Part shown: positions 39,843 through 52,001 of the stretch, piece by piece
Position numbering within the stretch: position 1 is the first letter of the stretch
How the letters are laid out: the number at the start of each line of letters is the position of its first letter
Origin: Reclinomonas americana ATCC 50394
Lineage: Eukaryota
Direction of reading: 5' to 3'
DNA: 52,008 nucleotides
Assembly (NCBI GenBank): GCA_048213135.1
Contig: PS015352.1
Coordinates: forward strand, 1 to 52,008
Made by a program: the position numbers and the translations under genes
Notes under the pieces: generated by a model
Told to the model about the DNA's origin: nothing
The model's input: only the letters and a program-made list of their open reading frames with translations
Databases searched by the model: none

Positions 39843-42014
39843 GAAGGTGAGTCGAAGAGAGGGAGAGCGGTGGCTGCTGGTTATTGTGAGTTGTTTTTCG
39901 TGTCTTGTGCGGGGGTGCGGGTGATCATGCGGGTGCAGATTGAAGAAGAGAGGATGACAGACGAGAGGAGAGAAGTCGACGTGGATGATGCAGAACTGTT
40001 CTCTGTGCTTGTTGCCCTATCATGTGATTGAGAGAGAGGTAGTGAAGCACGTCTCTCTTTCTGCATGCGTGCCTCTTTCTCACCTCCATTTTGTGTGTGC
40101 AAGTGCGATGAATCAATTGGTAGTCTGTTGTGCCTCTGTGATGTCTGTTGTGCGTGCATCTTCCGTCGCTGATATACGTGCCTCATGAGAGCAAGTCGCC
40201 GATGATTATTCCCTCGCGTCTCGTTTTGCGCACCTCCTTGGCATCACTGCTCTGCTTCCCATTGTGCCTGTGCGCCGTGGACATTCTCCTTCCGACTCTG
40301 CAGGATGCATGTCATTCCGCTCTCGAGCCCTCCTTCTCTGTCCCTTGTAGAGTCTCTATCTCTCTCTTTCTTTCTCCACCGTCTTCCTCCTTTGTGCGCT
40401 CATCTGACTCCCCAGCCATGTGCCCCATCCTTTCTGCACACGCTAGAGGCCGAGCATGCTTCCCTACTGCCAGTTCATAATGGTGAGCTTCTCGATACCG
40501 AAAGTATGTGAGGTTACATACCTGCATGCTGACTCTGCTCTCTCTCTCCTTTGAAGGGTGGGGTTGGTGCAGAAGCATCCCTCGGCTTGCCTCTTGACAA
40601 AACCGCGTGTTGGTATCAGGTGCTGATAGGTGTTCGTCATTGAGACAGAGCAGATATCTTTCTCCTTCCTCCATTCTTTTGCTCACATTGCACCGACATG
40701 CAGACACCTTAGGGGCAGGTCCCCCTCGTTGTTCCGTAATGATTGCAGACGTGCTGTGCATCGCCCGCTGCCGGCTGTCACCTCACTCACTCGGCTCCAC
40801 ACCTGAATCCCACCAATGCACGATGCAGGTGTGTGGACTTGTTCGGCGTGATTTTTCTCTCCTCCTTCCCTCCCACTCACCTTATTCATGCAAGTCGTGC
40901 AGGTCATGGAGAGCGTGGCGTGGGTGGGTGAATACATGCGTACCGTGATGTGCGATTGTGGCCTGGTTGGTGGATCGTTTTCAATCCCGGCTGGCAAGTC
41001 GGAGCGGATCGATGATGTGCGCACCTTGGCTGCCGCCGTCTCTGTCGAGTAATGATGCCAGTGGCCGTGGGAGACAGCAGACGCGTGCTCGGCAATCTAC
41101 TCATGGTGGACACATGCGTGTCGTGTTTCCCGATGGGTGGCCTGGTCGGTGGATCGTTTTCGATCCCGGTTGGCAAGTCAGAGCGGATCGATGATGTGCG
41201 CTTCTTGGTTGCTGCTATCGCCGCCAAGTAATGATGGTGATGGCCATGAGAGACTGCAGACGCGCGCGCGGCCTGGTGCGTACGTGTTCTGCATCTGCGT
41301 TGAGGAGTAAGTTGGTGAGACTTGGAGATTTGACTAACTCAATTCTGTGTGACAGGCGTGCTGGCAAGTGACTCGTCACTGGCATGCGAAGACACGTGGT
41401 TCCGTGCCACACAGTGCATGCGTGAGATGATTCACCGACCGACTGTGAGTGTGATTGAAGGGACGAGGCATTGACTGTGACTTGGGTGAGAGGAGGCGAG
41501 CCTCACGACGCAGCTGCCTCGTCCATCGCTGTGCTCTCTTGTTCCTTGTGGCTCTCTTTCTTCGTCATGCCCTCGTCAACCTCGCTGTGGGCCGATCAAA
41601 GGAGGCTTGAGGTTTCGAAAACTCGGTGCTCATTGGATTCTCGGGTGTGCCGTGGCATCAGCACACCAGGGCCACAGCTGCGTATCCAAGCAGCCCGACA
41701 CGCCAGTCCTCGTTGAGAGAGAATGCAGGTCAGTTGAAAGAGAGTGTCGCTGGACAGCAGCAAGGTGCAGTGGAGCGACAACCTCGTGTCATCACCACCA
41801 CCTTGCATGTCCATCCTGCCGATTTCTCATCGACCTGTCCCATGTCGGTCGTCGAAAGTTCACACGCATCAAAGAAGCCATACTGCTGTATGCTGTGTGG
41901 GGTACTGGCTGCAGCCTGGCGAGGGATGGGCGACGCCTAAGAGCAAGGCGGGAGAAGAAAGGCGGGAAACAGTGACAATCCCGCAGCGAGCAATCACACT
42001 CACAGACACGGAGA

Positions 42015-43324
42015 ATGGCAACAAAGGTGTGAATGTGTGCGCACTTTTGCGTGTTTGGTGTCTGTACGTGCATTCGTGTGCTTGTGCATGTGTGCGGTTG
42101 CTGTTTGTGCATGTGCGTGTCTTCGAATGTCGCTGCTGTGTGTGCGTCTCACCGCGAATGGATCGGCACAGATCATTCAAAGTCTCGATGTGGTGAGGTC
42201 CGTCGCCGTCACTCCCGATGGCAACCACATTGTTGGTGGATGTGACGACGGCACCATCCGAGTGTGGTCTCTGGCGAGTGGGGAAGAAGAGCGACGACTG
42301 GGTGGACACTCTAGAACGGTGTGGTCTGTCGCCGTCACCCCTGATAATCAGCACATCGTGAGTGGAAGTGGAGACCGTACCGTACGTGTCTGGTCTTTGG
42401 CAAGTGGAGAAGAAGTGCGACGGTTTGAGGGACACACCAATGCGGTGTTGTCTGTCGCCGTCGCCTTCGATGGCCAGCACATTGTCAGCGGCGGCTATGA
42501 CTGCACAATACGAGTGTGGTCTCTGGCGAGTGGGGAAGAGGTGCGACGGATGGAAGGACACGCTGCAAGGGTGTTGTCTGTCGCTGTCACCCCTGATAGT
42601 GAGCACATTGTTAGCGGGAGCGGAGACAGCACCGTGCGAGTGTGGTTGCTGGCGAGCGGGGAGGAAGTGCGACGGCTGAGGGGCACACTGGCTTGGTGTA
42701 CTCTGTTGCCGTCACTTACGATGGTCAGCACATCGTGAGTGGCAGTCACGATAACACGGTGAGAGTGTGGTCTCTGGCGAGTGGGGAGGAAGTGCGACGG
42801 CTGGAGGGACACACTGGATGGGTGTATTGTGTCGCCGTCACCCCTGATGGTCAGCACATCGTAAGCGGGGGTGGAGACCGCACCCTGCGAGTATGGTCGC
42901 TGATGAGTGGTGACCAAGTGCGACGTTTCGAGGGACACACTTCATGCGTGTCGTCTGTCACCGTCTCTCTCGATGGTCAGCACATTGTTAGTGCGGGTGC
43001 GGAGACAGCACCATTCAGGTGTGGTCTCTGGCGAGTGGCGAGGAGATGCGACGGTTGGAGGGACACACGCACCTGGTGATATCAGTTGCCGTCTCTCCCG
43101 ATGGTCTGCACATTGTGAGTGCCGGTTGTCAAGACCATAGCGTGCGAGTGTGGTCCACGTCGCGTGGCCTTGCTCGCTTCGAACTCGACGCTGCGCGGTC
43201 GGCCATGCTGGCTTTGCTGGAGATGCAGGAGGACGAGGAGGAAGTAGATTCACGATGCCTTCCCGAGCTGGTTCTGCGCTGCTTCATCGCCGAGGATGCC
43301 GAGGTCGTCCTTTTCCGGTGCTGA
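42015..43324 (+). pseudogene. WD40 array copy 3, 8 blades, two single-base deletions (~42678, ~42999)
   Basis: cggctgaggggcac where cggctggaggggcac is expected; gcgggtgcggagac where gcgggtggcggagac is expected. ORF is split into 42037-42738, 42642-43079 and 43019-43324. Could be sequencing error. Confidence 0.7.
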
Positions 43325-45418
43325 GAAGGTGAGTCGGAGGGAGGGAGAGTGGTGGCTGCTGGTGATTGTGAGTTGTTTCCGTGTCGTGCGAGGGAGAGTG
43401 GGTGATCACGCGGGATGCAGGTGGGGAAGAGAGGATGACAGAGGAGAGAGATCGCGATCGAGGTATCGCTGTTGATGGTGGTGAATTCTTCTCCCGTGTT
43501 TGTTGCCCTGTACATGTGAATGAGAGTGAGTGGGCGAGGAGCATGTCTCCCTCTGTTGGCGTGTCTCTTTCTCACCTCTATTTGTGTGTGCCAGCGCGAT
43601 GAATCACGTGGAAATCTGGTGTGTCAATTTGTATCGTTGTGATATTTATTGTGCGTGCTTCTTCCGTCGTTCGTGTATGCGCCTCTGGAGGGCGAGTCGC
43701 CGATGATTATTCCCTCGCGTCTTGTTTTGCACACTTCCTTGGCGCCACCACCCTGCTTCCCATTGTGCGCATACATGCACGCCGCGGGCATTTTCATCCC
43801 AGCTTCGCAGGATGCATGTCATTCCGGTCATCTCTATCGATATCTGTCCCTTGTAGAGTCTCTTTCTCTCTCTCTTTCTCCACCGTCTCCCTCCTTCGTG
43901 TGCTCATTTGCCTCCCCAGTCATCCACCCCATCCTTCCCGCACAAGCTCGATCCGAGTATCTGCTCAAGATGCGCCGGCTGCGATTTAGCCATCGTGTTG
44001 GGCCGTCCATTATGGTGAGCATCCCGACTCCCAAGTGTGTGGGATGGCATGACTGCATGCTGACTCTACTTTCTCTCTCTTTCTCTCCCTTGCAGGATGG
44101 ATGTGTGTGCAGAAGCTTCCCTCGCCTTGCCTCTTGCCCAAATGCGTGTTGGCATCAGGTGCTGATCGGTGGTGGGGAGCCGAGTGAGTGGGTGTAAGCC
44201 GGCCATGGGCAATGCACAGAACACCGTTCATTGTCACGGCCAACGGCAAGCACATATTTCCATGGTGTCTGCATGTCGGTGCAATGTGAGCAAAGCATGG
44301 AGGGAGGAGAGACATCTGCTCTGTCTCACTGACGAACTCTCGCATCCCACCATGCACAAAGCAGGTGTGTGGCCTTGTTCGTCGTGATCTCTCTTTCCTT
44401 CTTCCCTCCACTCACCTCATTCATGCAGGTCGTGCAGGCCATGGAGAGCGTGGCTGGGTGGGTGTACACCTGCGTGCCATGATGTGCGACATGGTGGCCT
44501 GGTCGGTGGATCGTTTCAATCCCGCCTGGCAGGTCGGAACGGATAGATTATGTGCGCGCCTTGGCTGTTGCTGTTTCTGCCGAGTGATGATGCTGGTGGC
44601 CATGGGGGACTTTAGACGCGTGCGAGGCCAGCAACACATGGTGCTTGCGTGTTCTGCGTCTGCGTTTAAAAAAAAGAAGTCGGTGAGACTTGGAGACAGA
44701 CTGACTCAATTCTGTGTGTGATCTGAACACAGGCGTGCTGGCAAGTGACTGGCATGCGAAAACACGTGGTTCCGTGCCACACAGTACATGCGTGAGACGT
44801 TTCGCCGAACGAATGTGAGTGTGATTGAAGGCGAAGCATTGACTGTGACTTGGGTGAGAGGAGGCGAGCCTCACGACGCAGCTGCCTCGTCCATCGCTGT
44901 GCTAGCTGCTGTACTGGTCGCTCCTCTCCTGTCCCTGTGACTCTCCTTCTTCGTCGTGCAGTCATGACTTGCACCTCGTCAGCTTCGCTGTGGGCCGATC
45001 CAAGGAGGCTTGAGGTTTCGAAGACTCGGTGCTCCATGGATTCTCGGGTGTGCCGTGGCATCAGCACAACAGGGGCACAGCTGCATGTCTAAGCAGACCG
45101 ACATGCCAGTCCTCGTTGACAGAGAATGCTGGTCAGTCGAAAGAGAGTGTCGCTGGACAGCAGCGCGATGCAGTGGAGCGCCATCTTGTGTCGCCAGCAT
45201 GTCCATTCTGCCGATTTCTCATCGACGAGTCACATGTTGGTCTTCGAAAGCCCGCACGCATCAAAGAAGCCACATTGCTCTCATACTGCTTTATGTTGTG
45301 TGGCGTACTGGCTGCAGCCTGGCGAGGGATGGACGACGTCTCAGAGCAAGGCGGGAGAAGAAAGGCGGGAAACAGTGACAATCCCGAGCGAGCAAATCAC
45401 ACACACAACGCACGGAGA

Positions 45419-46587
45419 ATGACAACCAAGGTGTGAATGTATGCGCACTTTTGCGTGGTTAGTGTCTGTGCATGCATTCATGTGCTTGTGCATGTGTGCG
45501 GTTGTTGTTTGTGTGTTGTGTTTGTCTTTGATTGCTGCTGCGTGAGTCTCACCACGAGTGATCAACACAGGTCGTTCAGAGTCTCGCTGTGGTGCAGTCG
45601 GTCGCCGTCACTCCCGATGGCAAGCACATTGTTGGTGGGTGCGAGGACAAGACCATCCGAGTGTGGTCTCTGGCGAATGGGGAAGAAGTGCGACGGCTGG
45701 AGGGACACTCTGGAAGGGTGTGGTCTGTCGCCATCACCCCAGATGGCCAACATATCGTGAGTGGAAGTGGAGACTGTACCGTGCGGATGTGGTCGCTGGC
45801 GAGTGGGGAAGTAGAGCGACGGCTGGTTGGACACGCCGACACTTTGACGTCTGTCGTCGTGACCCCCGATGGTCAGCACATTATCAGTGGGAGCTGGGAC
45901 TGCACAATACGAGTGTGGTCTCTGGCGAGTGGGGAGGAGGTGCGACGGTTGGAAGGAGGCGCTGGAGAGGTATACTCTGTTGCCGTCGCTCCCGATGGTA
46001 ACCACACTGCGACTGGGAGCGGGGACTGCACCGTGCGGGTGTGGTCGCTGGCGAATGGGACGGTGCGACAGCTGGCAGGTCACACTGGATGGGTGTATTG
46101 TGTCGCCGTCACCCCTGATGGTCAGCACATCGTGAGTGGGGGTGGAGACATCACCGTGCGGGTGTGGTCGCTGATGAGTGGAGACCAAGTGCGACGATTG
46201 GAGGGACACACTGGTACGGTGTGGTCTGTCGCCGTCACTCCAGATGGTCGGCGCATTGTTAGCGGGAGCGGAGACAGCACAATTCGGGTGTGGTCTCTGG
46301 AGAGTGGGGAGGAAGTACGACGGTTGGAGGGACATGACGGATGGGTGTCGTGTGTTGCTGTCTCTCCCGATGGTCAGCACATTGTCAGTGCGGGTGGCCA
46401 CGACAAGACCGTGAGAGTGTGGTCTACACCGCGTGGCCTCGCTCGTCTCGAACTCGACGCCGCGCGGTCGGCCATGCATGCCGTGCAGGAGATGCAGGAG
46501 GAAGAGGTAGACTCACGATGCCTTCCCGAGCTGGTTCTGCGCTGCTTTATCGTCGAGGATGCCGAGGTCGTCCTTTTCCGGTGCTGA
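45419..46587 (+). CDS. WD40 array copy 4, intact, 7 blades + C-terminal motif (exons 45419-45430, 45571-46587)
   Basis: MTTK|VVQSLAVVQSVAVTPDG..., open to the TGA. Confidence 0.9.
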
Positions 46588-47270
46588 GTCGGTGAGCCGA
46601 AGGGAGGGAGGGTTGCTGCTGGTGATTGTGAGTTTGTTTCCATGTCTTGCGAGGGAGAGCTGGTGATTATGCGGGTGCAGGTGGGGGAAGAGAGGACAAC
46701 AGAGGAGGGGAGAGAAGTCGACGTGGATGATGCAGCATTGTTCTCTGTGCTTGTTGCCCTATCATGTGAGTGAGGGAGAGGTAGTGAAGCATGTCTCTTG
46801 CTGTTTACGTGACTCTTTCTCACCTCAGTGTGTGTGTGTGCGAGCGAGATGAATCAATTGGAGTCTGTGATTTCATTTCCCCTCGTTGTGATGTCTGTTG
46901 TGCGTGCATCTTTCGCCGCTGCTATACGTGCCTCATGAGAGCGAGTCACCGTTGTCTGTTTCCCTCGCGTCTTGTTTGCACACTTTCTTGGCACCGCCAT
47001 ACTCTGCTTCCCATTGTGCACGTGCGACTGCGAAGAATGCCTGTCTTTCAGCTCTCTTTTTTTCTGCCTCCTGCAGAGTCTATCTCTTTCTCCGCCATCT
47101 CCCTGCCTTTGTGCGCTCATCTGATTCCCCAGTAATCCGCCCCTCCTTGTCGCACGCTCGAGGTCGAGCTGCTGGTCCGCTCACCGTGTTCCGATTGCCA
47201 TCCTGCCAGTCCATCATGGTGAGCATGTCGATGCCGAAGTGTGTGAGGTGGCCTGACTGCATGCTGACTC

Positions 47271-47308
<38 letters not shown>

Positions 47309-48757
47309 CAGAACCGGCCCTCGGCTGTCTTCTTGCCCAAACGCGTGTTGGTATCAGATGCTGATCGGTGTGTTTGTCAGTGAGACAGAGCAGATATCTC
47401 TCCCCGTCCTCTATTCCTTTATTCACAGCACACCGACATGCAGAGACCGTGGAAAGCATGTCGTGGCGATGACAGGCGTGATGTGCATTGCCCGTTGTCG
47501 ACCGTCTCCTCACTCACTCGGCTCCCCGCTCGCATCCCACCATGCACTCAGCAGTTGTGTGGCCCTGTTCTTCGTGATCTCTCTCTCCTCCTTCCTTCCC
47601 ACTCAATTCGTTCGTGCAGGTCGTGTGTATCATGGAGAGCGTGGCTGGGTGGATGTACACCTGCGTGCCGTGATGTGCGACATGGTTGCCTGGTCGGTGG
47701 ATCGTTTTCAAAGCCGACTGGCAAGTCTGAGCGGATTGATGGTGTGCGCACCTTGGCTGCCGCCGTCTCTGTCGAGTAATGATGCTAGTGGCCGTGGGAG
47801 ACTGCAGACGCGTGCTCGGCAATCTACTCATGGGTGACACATGCGTGTCGTGTTTCTCGATGGGTGGCCTGGTCGGTGGATCGTTTTTCAATCCCGACTG
47901 GCAAGTCGGAGCGAATCGATGATGTGCGCTTCTTGGTTGTTGCTCTCACTGCCGAGTGACAATGGTGGTGGCCATGGGAGACTGCAGACGCGCGCGTGGC
48001 CTGGTGCGTACGTGTTCTGCATCTGCGTTGAGGAAGAAGTCGGTGAGACTTGGAGATTTGACTGACTCAGTTCTGTGTGACAGGCGTGCTGGCAAGTGAC
48101 TCGTCACTGGCATGCGAAGACACGTGGTTCCGTGCCACACAGTGCATGCATGAGACGATTCACCGACCGACTGTGAGTGTGATTGAAGGCATGATTGTGA
48201 CTTGGGTAAGAGGAGGCGAGTCTCATGACGCAGCTGCCTCGTCCACCGCTGAGCTGCTGTGCTGGTCGCTCCTCTCCTGTACCGTTTGCATCATCGTGCC
48301 CTCATCAACCTCGCTGTGGGCCGATCCAAGGAGGTGAGGTGTCGTTGACTCGGTGCTCATTGGATTCTCGCGATCGGGTGTGCCGTGGCGTCAGCACACC
48401 AGGGCCACAACTGCGTATCCAAGCAGACCGACATGCCAGTCCTCGTTGGCAGAGAATGCAGGGCAGTAGAAAGAGAGTGTCGCTGGACAGCAGCGCGATG
48501 CAGTGGAGCGCCACCTTGTGTCGCCAGCATGTCCATTCTGCCTTTTTCTCATCGCGATCGACGAGTCCCATGTCGGTCTTCGAAAGCCCACAAGCATCAA
48601 CAAAGCCACATTGCTCTCATACTGCTGTATGTTATGTGGCGTACTGGCTGTAGCCTGGCGAGGGATGGGCGACGTCTCAGAGCAAGGCGGGAGAAGAAAG
48701 GCGGGAAACAGTGACAATCCCGAGCGAGCAAATCACACACGCACGCACGCACGAAGA

Positions 48758-49916
48758 ATGGCAACAGAGGTGTGAATGTATGCGCACTTTTGCGTGTTTG
48801 GTGTCTGTGCGTGCATTCGTGTGCTCGTGCATTCGTGTGCGGCAGTTGTTTATGTGTGTTTGTGCATGTGCGTCTCACCGCGAATGGTCGGCACAGATCA
48901 TTCAGAGTCTCGCAACTGTGCGATCCATCGCTGTCACTCCCGATGACAAGCACATTGTTGGTGGGTGCATGGACAGCTCCGTTCGTGTGTGGTCTTTGGC
49001 AAGTGGGAAAGAAGTGCGACGACTGGATGGACACACTTGTTCGGTGTTCTCTGTCGCCGTCACTCTTGATGGCCAGCTTATTGTCAGTGGGTGTGCAGAC
49101 AAGACGGTGCGGGTGTGGTTGCTGGCGAGTGGGGAAGAGGTGCGACGGTTAGAGGGACACGCCAACACTGTGACGTCTGTCGCCGTCACCCCTGATGGTC
49201 AACACATTGTGAGCGGCAGCAGCGACAACACTGTACGGGTGTGGTCACTGGCGAGTGGAGAAGAGGCGCGACGGCTGGAGGGACACACCGACACGGTGCG
49301 GTCTGTCGCTGTCACCCCCGATAGTCAGCATATAGTGAGTGGTAGCCACGATAACACAGTGCGAGTGTGGTTGATGGCGAGTGGGGAGGAGGTGCGACGG
49401 TTGGAGGGGCACACTGGATGGGTGTACTCTGGTGCTGTCACTCCAGATTGTCGGCATATTTTTAGTGGGAGTCGGGACAACACCGTGCGAGTGTGGTCAC
49501 TGACGAGTGGAGAAGAAGTGCGACGACTAGAAGGACACACTGGATGTGTGTCGTCGGTCACCGTCGCTCCCGATGGCCAGCACATCGTTGGCGGGTGCGG
49601 AGACCGCACCGTGCGGGTATGGTCTCTGGCGAGTGGAGAGGAGGTGCGACGCTTGGAGGGACACACCAACACGGTGCGGTCTGTCGCCGTCTCTCCCGAT
49701 GGTCTCCACATTGTAAGCGCGGGTGGCGACGACAAGACTGTGCGATTGTGGTCGACGCCGCGCGGCCTTGCTCGTCTCGAGCTCGACGCCGCGCGCGCGG
49801 CCATGCGAGCTGTGCAGGAGATGCAGGAGGATGAAGTAGATTCACGATGCCTTCCCGAGCTGGTTCTGCGCTGCTTTATCGTCGAGGATGCCGAGGTCGT
49901 CTCATTCTGGTGCTGA
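48758..49916 (+). CDS. WD40 array copy 5, intact, 7 blades + C-terminal motif (exons 48758-48769, 48897-49916)
   Basis: MATE|IIQSLATVRSIAVTPDD..., tail ends DAEVVSFWC*. Confidence 0.9.
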
Positions 49917-51958
49917 GTCGGTGAGTTGGAGAGAGGGAAGGTGGCTGCTGGAGAATGTGAGTTGTTTTTCTTGTTGTGCGAGGGAGAATGGGTGATCACG
50001 CGAGATGCAGGTGGGGAAGAGAGGATAACAGAGGAGAGAGATCGAGAGATCGCTGTTGATGGTGGTGAATTCTTCTCCCGTGTTTGTTGCCCTTTGATGT
50101 GAATGGGAGTGTGCGGTCGTGAAGCATGTCTCCCTCTGTTGGCGTGTCTCTTTCTCACCTCCATTTGTGTGCGAGCAAGACGAATCACCTGGAAATCTGG
50201 TGTCAATTTGTCCCGTTTGATGTCTGTTGTGCGTTCACGTCGTTCGTGTATGTGTGTGCCTCAGGAGAGCGAGTCACCGTTGTCTATTCCCTCGCATCTT
50301 CTTTTGCGCACCACTTTGGCATCACTGCTCTGCTTCCCATTGTGCCTGTGCGTGGCGGACATTTTCATCCCTTCTCTGCAGGATGCATGTCATTCCGGTC
50401 ATCTCTATCGATATCTGTCCCTTGTAGAGTCTCTCTCTCTTTCTCCGCCATCTCGCTGCCTTTGTGCGCTTATCCGCTTCCCCAGTCATCCACCCCTCCT
50501 TGCCGCACAAGCTCGAGGCCGAACATGCTGGTCTGCTCACCGTTTTCCTATTGCCATCGATTGCCAGTCCATCATGGTGAGCTTCCCGATACCGAAGTGT
50601 GTGAGATGGCCTGACTGCATACTGACTCCGCTCTCCCCCTATTGAAGGATGGATGTGTGTAAAGAAGCATCTCTTGGCTTGCTTCTTGACAAACGCGTGT
50701 TGGTATCAGGTGCTGATCGGTGTGTTTGTCAGTGAGACAGAGCAGATATCTCTTTCCTCCCTCCATTCCTTTGCTCACTGCGCACCGACATGCAGATGCG
50801 TTGGAGGCACGTTCTCCTCCTCGTTGTTCTGCGATGATTTGCAGGCGTGCTGTGCATCGCCCATTCCCGGCTGTCACCTCACTCACTCGGCTCCACACTC
50901 GCATCCCATCATGCACGAAGCAGGTGTGTGGACTTGTTCGTCTTGATCTCTCTTTCCTCTTTCGCTCCCACTCACCTCATTCATGCAGGTCATGCAGCCA
51001 TGGAGGCCGTGGCTGGGAGGATGTACACATGCGCGCGTGCCGTGATGTGCGATGGATGGCCTGGTCGGAGGATCGTATTCAATCCCGGCTGGCGAGTCGG
51101 AGCAGATCTATGATGTGGGCGCCTTGGCTGTTGCTGTTTCTGCCGAGTGACAAAGATGATGGCCATGGGAGACTGCAGACACACGCTCGGCCAGCAACAC
51201 ATGCATGGTGCGTGCGTGTTCTGCATCTGCGTTGAGGAAGAAGTTGGTGAGTTTCGGAGATCGACTGACTCAGTTCGGTGTGTGCCATGAACACAGGCGT
51301 GCTGGCAAGTGACTGGCATGCGAAGACACGTGGTTCCGTGCCACACAGTGCATGCATGAGACAATGCACCGACCGACTGTGAGTGTGATTGAAGTCACGA
51401 GGCATTGATTGTGACTTCAGTGAGAGGGAGGCGAGTCTCACGACACAGCTGCCTCTTCCATCGCTGAGCGGCTGTGCTGGTCGCTCCTCTCATATCCCTT
51501 GTGGCTCTTTTTCTTCATTGTCTCACCTCAACCTCGCTGTGGACCGATCCGAGGAGGTGAGGTGTCGCTGACTCGGTGCTCCATGGATTCTCGGGTGTGC
51601 CGTGGCATCAGCACACCAGGGCCACAGCTGCATGTCTAAGCAGACCGACATGCCAGTCCTCGTTGACAGAGAATGCAGGGCAGTAGAAAGAGAGTGTCGC
51701 TGGACAGCAGCGCGATGCAGTGGAGCGCCAACCTCGTGTCACCACCTTGCGCAAGCATGCTTGTCCATTCTGCCGATTTCTCATCGACGAGTCACATGTC
51801 GGTCTTCGAAAGCCCACAAGCATCATCGGAGTCACATTGCTCTCATACTGCTGTATGTTATGTGGCGTACTGGCTGTAGCCTGGCGAGGGATGAACGACT
51901 TCTCGGAGCAAGGCGGGAGAAGAAAGGCGGGAGACGGTGACAATCGCGAGCGAGCAAA

Positions 51959-51999
<41 letters not shown>

Positions 52000-52001
52000 G
52001 A

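Noticed and set aside
39905-40030. Possible degenerate second copy of the tail motif just after the stop (VDVDDAELF; DGEESFP in unit 1)
   Set aside because: The resemblance requires frameshifts and could arise by chance in purine-rich sequence.
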